This document shows, one piece after another, positions 54,640-64,000 of a DNA stretch of 64,000 nt. Below the pieces are notes generated by a model. The model had not been told where the DNA came from. It did not search any database and saw only the letters and a program-made list of their open reading frames with translations. Location of the stretch: assembly GCF_006345805.1 (NCBI RefSeq), contig NC_043002.1, forward strand, positions 26,536,001 to 26,600,000, read 5' to 3'. Numbering within the stretch: the stretch's first letter is position 1; the number at the start of each line of letters is the position of its first letter. The stretch is from Octopus sinensis (lineage: Eukaryota). The position numbers and the translations under genes are program-made.

Positions 54640-54699
54640 CTACGCTGATGAAGCTACAGATATCCTTGTGATATTAATAGCTGAAACTGCAGTACGTAG
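54640..54699 (+). ncRNA. Type I hammerhead ribozyme, right copy
   Basis: CUACG-CUGAUGA-AGCUA(ca GAUAUC cuugu GAUAUU aa)UAGCU-GAA-ACUGCAGU-A-CGUAG: core complete, GUA site after 54694. Confidence 0.92.
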
Positions 54700-54946
54700 G
54701 TAATTATTCCATTTAGTATATTTCTTTTGTCTCATCCATTGCTTTAGGTCGTGGTGAATTTTATTTTTATTTGAGAACATAATCCTTGTGGAGAATGGCG
54801 ATTTGACGTCTATATCTAGCATGTTGACTGTCCACCTTTTCGTGTTCAGTCCTTAATTGGTATATATAAATATTTTAATCTTCGGATTCTTTTTAATGTG
54901 CTAGACCACTGGTTTTAATTGACTAATATCAATTTCTACCCTTAAT

Positions 54947-55009
<63 letters not shown>

Positions 55010-55109
55010 ATATGTATGTGTGTATATATGTATGTATGTATATATGTATATATTGTGTATATATCTTTCTCATGGGGATTTCTTCCTCATGACAATTACA
55101 AAACTAGTT

Positions 55110-55530
55110 ATCTTCTGCCTTTTATTTCATTCAGTCGGTAGAATGTGGCCATGTTGAGACAACGTCTTGAAAATATTTCATTCAAGTGAATCGACTCTAA
55201 AACTTTCTTTTTTTGTTAAGCCTGGGACTTATTTTCTCGGTTACTTTTATTCTCTCGGTTACTGACAGCACAGGTTGTCATGCAGTGGTGGGGTATAAAC
55301 AGACACGCACACACAGACAGACACATACACATACACACACGTACACATACACACATTTATATATACAGCATTCCTTTCTTTAGCCTCCGTGTACCATGTC
55401 CACTCACAATGCTTTGGTCGGCCTCAAGCCGTTGCAGAAGCCGCATCTCCGAAGGTTCCATGCAGTGGGACTGAACTCAGAGCCTTGTGGTTGGAAAGCA
55501 AACTTCTTACCACACAGTCACACCTGCGCT
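55110..55530 (-). mobile_element. SINE family C with internal (CA)n
   Basis: Homologous to 13600-14032. Confidence 0.72.
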
Positions 55531-55714
55531 TTAGTTATTTTCTGGAATTGCTTTTATGAAGTTATTTAACTTTCGGTATTTAACATGTAAATCACTATGA
55601 AATTAATGTATAACATGGGAAAATTTACTTGAGATGAAAATAATGTTTAAATTCATTGTTGCTGTTGTTATGGTTGTTGAGCCGTAGGTCAACACCTATA
55701 TACCAAATCTATGA

Positions 55715-55996
55715 TAGAACATATAGCACTCCATCACTGCTCGTGAAATTAACGTGCAAGTGGCCGAGCACTCCGCAGATACGTGTAAGTTTAACATAAT
55801 TCTGAGGGAAATTCGTTGTGATACAAAATGTGAAAAAGCTGGCCTTTTGGAATACAGGCACTACTTATTTATGCCTGCTAATTGGACTGGAGCAACGTGA
55901 ACTAAAGTGTCTTGCTCAAGGACACAACGCGTTGCCGGGAATTGAACTCATGACATTACGATCATGTGCCGAATACCTTAACCTTAAGCCACGCAC
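55715..55996 (-). mobile_element. SINE family B
   Basis: Minus head GGTGCGTGGCTTAAGGTTAAGGTATTCGGC...GAGTTCAATTCCCGG; body matches 23975-24291. Confidence 0.82.
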
Positions 55997-57506
55997 CTTT
56001 ACTATAATAGAAAACATAAACATGATAAGCTTCAATATTTTGATTATACAATGTAAGCCTAACTATATTTTCATTATGCAATGTAGGCAACCTTCTGATG
56101 GGGATGTGGCTAAAGTTCGTTCTGGTGTAATTACCAAGTTAGTGTTGTGTGGTTATCGGTTTTGTTCTCGCCTTGTCTCATATCAGTCGCGGTCGAACAA
56201 ATCTATGATCGAGGTCGTTCTAACAGAGATAAACCTATATCTGTCTGTTATTTTGTGACGACATGTTAGAAGAAGTGTAGAGTATGCTTTCAAAAAGACT
56301 TGGTTGTTATTCTAACTCCGTCAAACAGCCATATACTGTGTTCTGCGAGTTTCATTTCATTCAGCATTCGATTTATAATTAGAATAATAATTTACAAAAA
56401 AAATAAAATAATAATAATAAATGAATGAGTGGATAAATATATAAATAAATAACAAATGGTCGATAAGACAGTGAAGTCAAATTTGTTTTCTTTCTAGATT
56501 AGTGGTGGAGAAAACTTATCGATGAACGGCTGGAGAATGCAAAATTAATGTCAATGTAAGAATTACAACCAGAAATTTCCAATATAAATCAAAATGTACA
56601 GTAAGAAGAAAAAGTAGAAAAAATTAAAGGCGATAAAGGAAAAAAAACACAGCAGTGAAAACAGGGATAGATCTTTCAGGTTTCAGATGAATTAAACATA
56701 CGTGGGTAGAAGTAGGAGGGAGAGAGAAAGAGAGATGGAGGAGAGAGAAAAAAGAGAAAGGAAATGGAAAAATGCAAATGAAGAATATCAAATGAGAAGA
56801 GGAAGAAAGATCATGCAGTTCGAATATAAATTAAAAAAAAGGTAGAATTTAGAAGAAAAAAGAGGAAAAAGGTGAACATTTTTGAAAAGTAATTCCCTCT
56901 ATTCAAATTATGAAGAAGGAAAATAAGGAAATAAGCACACAAGATTATAAGAAAATACGTATACAAATGTTTCTAAACGGTTTTAGTCTTCTGGGAAATC
57001 TATGATGAAATTACTTTCGAAGAAACGAGTGGCTGGTTACTGGTGGCTTCAGTCATTTTTACATGTAACAAAGTTGACTGTATACAATAGGTACATACAT
57101 GGCTGTGTGGTTAAGGAATACGTACAGATTTATATCTACAAATGTGTACATAAATGTTCGTTGTTATACTAGTATTGGTATGAACCCACATAGCGATTAA
57201 CCTGTGAACGAACATGCATGAGTATATTCCCTTATGTATGCACATATATGTATGTATGTGTGTATGTGTGAGTGCACGTATTTGATTGTATGCACGTATA
57301 TGTGGACGTATACGCATCTACATGCCTGTTGAAACACACACACACACACGCACACACATATATATATAGTATAGTGTACATTTAAACACATTAAGAGGTT
57401 TCCATCATAGGAATCCTTTACGCTAGAAAGAACAGCTAAAGTCCAAACCACTAATTAGGGATTAATTCTCAAAGGGAAAGAAAAATAAAAACATTTACTA
57501 TCTCTT

Positions 57507-57579
57507 TCCTGGACCATGGTTTCTGACTTATTCTAGTAAATAAAATAATTTACCATGGTGAAGTCTTCATCAGCAAGGA
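57507..57579 (-). ncRNA. Type I hammerhead ribozyme candidate (third long-stem-II family)
   Basis: UCCUUG-CUGAUGA-A-GACUU(...GUAAAU uauuuu AUUUAC...)AAGUC-A-GAA-ACCAUGGU-C-CAGGA: GUC site; A-A opposition at the base of stem II; stem I needs a bulge or wobble. Confidence 0.68.
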
Positions 57580-57743
57580 TGCCAAGATTAAATATATAAG
57601 CACGAGGTCAATCCAGCAAGTGCCTCTTGCTTATATATTTTTATTTTTTTCAAATCCACCGCGCAAGCGCAGTCTATTTTGTCGGCAGCAAAAGAAAGAC
57701 GCCGGTAATTTCTTCAAACGAATCTACCAGAAATCATTATACA

Positions 57744-57834
57744 TAATTAATAATATCAGGGTAATAAAGATTTTAGAAATTTTTACTACAAGTAAAAATT
57801 TCTAAAATCTTTATTACCCTGATAATATTAATTA
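57744..57834. repeat. Near-perfect 44-bp-arm hairpin with 3-nt loop
   Basis: 57744-57787 pairs with 57791-57834, one mismatch (57753/57825). Confidence 0.93.
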
Positions 57835-57836
57835 AA

Positions 57837-57881
<45 letters not shown>

Positions 57882-58329
57882 GATGAGTCTGTCTGACACT
57901 GGAACACTTTATAGTGTGTTTCATTTTAATTTATTGTATGCTTTATCTTTCTTTACTCTTTGTATTTTATTTTTGTCACTTACTTCCTGTTTGTATCCTC
58001 AAGCTAGCAACTTTATCTAATCCTTGCCATTCCTCATTCCTCCTCAATGAATTTTAGATACGACTATCAACATGCTTTAATTAAGCTCAAGAGCGAAACG
58101 TCATTTGTGTAACGAGAAACCAAGTTATATCACCAAAAACATACTTAAGCATTGTTTAGTTTCCCACCCACGAGCGAACGGTGCAGGAAGTTTCGAAACG
58201 ATCGTTGTTATAAATAACGTTTCCAGTATATTTTATCTTTCGGGTCCATTGTTTCTACTATATTCAATGTGTGCTGAGGAATTCCTAACGTAGATCCAGC
58301 GACAGTTGTGCAGTTAATACGAATGATAG

Positions 58330-59900
58330 CAGATAGCCATAAGCAGTGAACCTGCTTTGCCGGCATGCTATCTAGGATTGGGATATAACGAAAGCGAAGG
58401 TAAAATTTTAAAAGGCGAGAAGCCAGACTATGGAGGAGTAATTAAAATGAAAAGAATGAATTTACTTTAGACTTGAATGAATTCAAGTTATAAGAAGGAG
58501 AAAAATAATGAGATTGGAGAGAGTTCCAAAGATCGAGGAAAAGAGCTACTGCCAAAGAAAGATTTCCTTATTCGTGGAAGCACAACAGCTTTTGATGAGT
58601 CTCGACTCAGACGACAAGGCGCAAAGTGATCTGGAACTATGAGACAAATTGCATCGGATCGCTTCCTGTGGCAATGACGATAGAAAAGACTAAGACTGGT
58701 GACGTCACTTTAATGTGGCAAGGGCTGCAGTGTTTAAATTAGAGAGGAACTAATCAAAGTAGAGACTCGCCTGTGAACCTGGTCGGGGAGATCCAAGTGA
58801 CAAAATAGTGTACCTGCCCAAATATGACAACTGTACTCTATACAAGGATGAATTATGCACTTGCAAAGATAAAAAGTAGCCTCGGATGTGAGGGAGTGCT
58901 TTGGCATATACAATGACCCAACATGCCGTAAGCAAACCTACCGATTGACAGCATATACGAACCCCAAAGAAAATCAGATGAGAAAGTAAGATCGAGCAAT
59001 TTCAAAGAAGATTTTTTTCAACTTGTTAGACTGTGATACCCCAGACGAATAACTCATGTAAATGGGAGAAATATAGGGATCCTGCTTCCCATTGAAAGAC
59101 ATGAGTTTGGTCAGGCTTCAAAGTTCCGAGTCACTTATGGTCCCCTTACTTAACAGCCAGTAGATCTATTGCAAGTCTAGGAGCAAATTCCAACCGTTTC
59201 AAGGAAGGGGGTGGGGTTGCCAAGGAAACTAGATTAAAGAGTTTTAATCAACAGCATATAAATTGAAGTACTGAAAAACATTGGCAGGAAGATCGTTGGT
59301 GTAGAGGAGAAATAGGGTCGGACCGAGAATTGAACCCGGCATTGGTAGAGTACTCAGAAGAAGTAACACGTCCAGAATGACACATATGCAACGGCCAGAA
59401 AGGAACGACCTGGTAATATCACAGACCTTTCAACATACACCAGATGCAGAGAGCTTATGTAGCAAACCAGCATTAGAAAACTTATCATAGGCTTTTGAAC
59501 TATGAGCACGGTGCTCGCCTGATGTATCTATTAATCAGTAGCAGAAGTGGAAGAGTAAAACGAGAGCCACGAATGCCATACATCAACATGGAGTCCCAAT
59601 CTTTCAAGAAACTCAACTGACCTTTTGCTAACAAGAAAGAGGAGAGGTACACAACGATATGTGTTTGGATTAGAAGGTTCAGCATCATTCTAAACAAGTC
59701 GGACAGCATTAGATTCCTTCGAACAAGATGGAAAACAAGATTTAGCAAAACAAAGATTAAATACCTTAGAGAGCAAAGAAGACAACCGAGGAACAGCTCG
59801 TTCCAAAACGACCGCAGGAATGTTGTTAGATCTAGATGCTTTAGACTGATCAAGACCAGAGATCACCTTAGCAACGGAGTTATGACTACAGAATCAAGAA
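58330..59900 (-). mobile_element. Jockey/CR1-group LINE, decayed RT and 3' region
   Basis: KASRSNNIPAVVLE...LSKVFNLCF...FPSC...SNPNTYR, AGLLHKLSASGV, GSILGPTLFLLYTNDLP, IYAVD* (YADD position). Confidence 0.8.
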
Positions 59901-62900
59901 CGTGTCAGACCAATAAACATTTATTATTAATCTTTGTTGCGTTCGCACAATTGTGCTAATCTTGGCACTATAGTATGAATATATCGGTAAATAAATGTGA
60001 TACTACCTCATTTCAGGAAATTTAGACAATAAATATCTAATACAGCTGAAATAAATTCAATTAATGTTGTAGTGGCTTCATTTTCCATACATTAAATATT
60101 TTGAAAATTAAATTCCGTAATTAAAACATTTAATTGTTCTAATTATAATTTAAGTTTGTGTTTGTTTTACACATTTTTAATAAAGTTTACTTAATTAGGA
60201 TCCTGGAGTGGTGTTTTAAGAGATTTAGAAATGTATTTATTATAAGAAATAAAAATACAAATGGTAATTGATTTTTGTATTGTGTATATAATTAATGGTT
60301 TACTTGTTTGCTTTTGTAAATATTTAGTCTCTAAAATTATTAAATAACTAATCTTACATAGTCGTACATATTCACTTGCTTCTCAAAGAAAGTGCAAAAG
60401 CCAAAACTTTGACAACTAATTTTTAAGGCTCTTTCACAGCCTTGTGTTTTCGGTATCGATATTAACGTGTGTAACTTTATGTGTGCATCTTCTGCAAAAG
60501 CCTTATAGCTGCCGTTACGCTGTGACTGAAATTTACTTGATCGAAACCATGCAGAAGCCCCTTTTAAGCATACATACATGGTGGCTGCCCCCTCGTTATT
60601 GAGAATGGCCATTGCACGAAGCTTAATCAATGTTGTTATTGTGCAATGCCTGTGCAAGAAGATTTTTTTTTTAAGTGAGGAGAGGCTGTGCACTGAGTCA
60701 ATCCCACTCACAAAGCAACAGCAGCCATAATCCGAAAAGAAGAACAAGTCAACATCATCGGTAACCACTGAGCGGCTGGTTTTATATCGGAGTTATCCCA
60801 GTTACCTGAGTTACCTTCTCCTAGAAGGATGCCCTAACAAAGGCTAGGAGTCCTTCACTCCCAATGGTTTAACCGCGCGATCGGGTATTCAGTCCGATTA
60901 TTTCTATGTCCCCGCGCATGATACATCCTAAAGACATTTATTGGATGGCCGTTGACACTCAAGAGTTCCTCCGCCCTTTGACATACATACATACATACAT
61001 AGTGGTGGTTGTCTACTCCTTATGGAGAGTTTGACCACATCTTGTACCTACACCTTAGCAGCATCATGAAATCTGATGTGGCTTTTTAAACTAGACAATG
61101 TTCTGAAAAAGACACCCACATAGATTGCACCTCCGATTTAGACCATCAAGAGCTGCAGATAACATCTGCTCTTTGCGGATACACACACACACATACACAC
61201 ACATACACGCACACACACATATATATATCGTAAACGACATCTTTTACCATCACCACCATCACCACCATCACCACAACGACGACAGCGTCACGTTTTTTAT
61301 ATATGTTCGCGCGTTCGTTACGTGAGTTAGGTCGAAGACCGACCAGTATATGTGTGTGACGACTGACACACATACACAAATTTATAAACGTAGATCGACA
61401 CACACAGGGACAGAGATAGGCTTCAGTTGTCCCTTAATGTATACCCGTGTTTGTGTGTATGTGACTTCCCCAACTCACACAACATTGAAACGCGCTGATA
61501 TTGAAAGTTACAACGACTAGGTTTCACGAGAAAGTGAAAATAGTTTCACATATTCAATTTTAACCAAAATTACAGTGTTTGATTACAAGACTGACGGTGT
61601 ATGAATAATGAAAGTAATGTTTCACCGAATTAGTCACATCTATAGAGAAAGTTGCTTAGGTGATCTTTCGTTTTGACTTGCACAGCTGTCTGTCATCTTT
61701 TTTTATCTACTTTTGTTTTAAAGTGAAAGTGAAGAGAAAATGTATATGAAATGGACGTGTGTGAGAGAGGGAGAGAAAGGAAGAGAGGAAGAGAGAAAGG
61801 GAGAAAGAGGGGAAAGGGAGAGAGAGAGAGAAAGAAAGGGAGTGACTGAAGGGGTGTGTTGTCATGTATACGTACATACATAAATATATATGCATACATC
61901 TTTTTGTATATACTTGTACGTGCGTATGTGAGAGAGAGAGAGAGAGTGAGTGAACGTGTGTGTTCTTATGTATGTGTAAGTGGAACTTATTCTCTCTCTC
62001 TCACGCATACACACACACACGCACACACACGTCCATTTTATATATACGTTAATGCATTTCCCCTTTCTACTCTCATTTTAAAACAAAAGTAAATATATAA
62101 AAATCTTTTCCGGAAATTAACGAACAAAACTGCCTATCCGGATGACAGTTTGTTGAGAGTTTTAATGAAACATAGCCATAGCTTATTATCTATCTACCAA
62201 ATAAACAATGTTTTTCACTCAACAACTCCTGTTAGCAATTAAAATAACCTAGGCAACCAAGCGGGTCACACAATTTTGAGGTCATTTTCGGACAATATTT
62301 TCATTTGTTTCTAATATTTCTCTTTCGCCTGATGTTTCCAAACATTTATGAAAATGTACACAACCAAAATATTGCATTAAAAGACATCCTTTTCTCTATA
62401 TATCATGAAGAAATACAATCTCTCTCTATCTCTCCCACGCATAAAAATGATGTATGCATATGTATTTACAGAAGGTAAATAATACGCACACCCGGTGTTT
62501 AGGGTTAGATTTGCGCCGTCTAAATATGTATGTTTATATGAAAGATGTGTGTGTATGTGTGTGAAAAAGAGAGAGAGCGAGTTAGTGACACTTACACATA
62601 CATGCAAAAACATTCAAACATCACAACACGCACCTTCACTCACTCACTCACTCACTCACTCACCCACTCACTCACTCAATCACTCATTCACTCACTCACT
62701 CACTCTCTCACTCTCTCTCTTTCTCACACACACGTCCATTTCATATTCATGTATATCATTCACTTTATCCTCTCGCTTACTTTCTCCTCTCACTTCAAAG
62801 CAAATGTCGCTTTTTCTCTTCATCCTCTCTTTCAATTTCTGCTCTCTTCAAAGCATAAAGAAATTAAAAGAATTTCATGGAAATTAACGAACAATCATAT

Positions 62901-63139
62901 GATCCCATATATGTCGAGTTGACAACTTTGCTTCTTCAAATGAAAGAATACCATAAAATAACTTCCTTTGACACACACACACACGCTCACACACATGTTA
63001 TTTTGAAAATGAATTCAAAATACATTACAATTTTCACAATTAAATAAGGTCACGCATAAACCTAAGCCTATATATCAAAATAACGATTCTTATATGAGTA
63101 GCATGGTTTCCTTCAATTACAAGTCGCCTATGTGTATGA

Positions 63140-63960
63140 GTGTGTATCAGTGAGCAGCTGTATCTGCATTCACGGTTCATTATTATCAGATATCATCTGC
63201 TCTCTGCACAATTAAATACCATGGATCACCATCTCAGTCTACCGTATTCCGACCTCATTCGTCTAGCTTATTTCAGTTCTGTCCCGTTCCTGATGTTATC
63301 CATCCCCATATTGGTTTTTTTCCCCTTCTTCCTCTTTTTCCAATCATTTTGCTTTCTGTTACCAGTCTCTGGAAACCATTTTTACTAATTAAGTGTCCAA
63401 AGTATTCCAGTTATGACTTTGATGTTGTCTAATAATATCTTCCCAGTTTTTGCTATTTTTCGTATTCTATCATTTCTTTTGTGTCTTGACCATTGTATTC
63501 TGAAAAGTCTTCTTTCTTCCCATATCTCAAAGACTTGTAATCTATTGTGTTGTATTTTTGTTAATGTCCATTTTTCAGTCAACATAATATATAGTTCATA
63601 CATAGCATTTTTCAGGTTTCGATATTAATGTTTCTTGAGGTTAACATGATGATATTAATGTTTCTTTATATTGGGATATTTGTCATTTTTTCAATTTACT
63701 TTCAAGCTATCTCAGTTCTTCCTTTTGATTTCTCTTGCATATTCCCCATTTTCTGATTGCATATGTCCCAAGAAAATTATTTATTTGTGCCTATTCTGCT
63801 ACTGCGTATCCATCAATTCTAATATATACTTTTAATGTCTCTTGTTTCTTGGTGATTGTTATTGATTCTGATTACTTTCGTTTAGACAGTTAATGTTACT
63901 GCGTGTCTAATCTTCCCTATTTATGTACATTAATTAGTGTTTCGGAAAATAGAACACGGT
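63140..63960 (-). mobile_element. RTE LINE, C-terminal RT region
   Basis: IRIDG..V...NNFLG (RT domain 7 region), EKWTLTKIQHNRLQVFEIWEERRLFRIQW...LLDNIK (ORF 63385-63603). Confidence 0.78.
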
Positions 63961-64000
63961 AAAATAGTACCGGGCTGAAATGAGTATTGCTGTCGAAACA

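Larger units (their letters stand above)
53904..54952. mobile_element. Non-coding hammerhead-bearing 507-bp monomer present as two circularly permuted, inverted copies (retrozyme-like)
   Basis: Order A-B-C-A then B'-A'-C'; A (36 bp) at 53904 and 54411, offset 507; inverted copy 54444-54952; 3 substitutions seen between copies; (TA)n on both flanks. Confidence 0.9.

Noticed and set aside
53955-54822. Paired 60-aa and 75-aa ORFs in the 507-bp monomer
   Set aside because: They are duplicated only because of the inverted repeat, run through the ribozyme and show no homology.
57858-57910. TGATGAGTC-tgtct-GAC motif
   Set aside because: No GAAA directly after the stem and no stem I.
60340-60768. 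142-aa ORF on the minus strand
   Set aside because: No domain recognised; it probably overlaps an unclassified decayed repeat.

Overview
Repeat-saturated, AT-rich animal DNA with no recognisable host exon. It is most likely cephalopod (Octopus-like); this is inferred from the tRNA-derived SINE families and the microsatellite load, both recognised from memory. The window holds long (TA)n, (CA)n, (TATG)n, (TAA)n, (ATCT)n and (CTAC)n tracts, which generate almost all ORFs in the supplied track. It also holds three SINE families, decayed RTE, Jockey/CR1 and R4/Dong LINEs, several Tc1/mariner elements, a hAT fossil, a palindromic MITE and several Penelope-like element (PLE) remnants. The main discovery is a set of type I hammerhead ribozyme (HHR) motifs with palindromic stem III, from several unrelated sequence families, mostly next to (TA)n tracts. 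Two young fold-back loci carry HHRs with a complete catalytic core. (1) 38825-41650 has 1.08-kb inverted arms around a clean, RT-less GIY-YIG endonuclease ORF. (2) 53904-54952 is made of two differently circularly permuted copies of a 507-bp non-coding HHR monomer, the pattern expected of a retrozyme/circular-RNA-like element. All folds and homologies were read by eye, and most boundaries are approximate.
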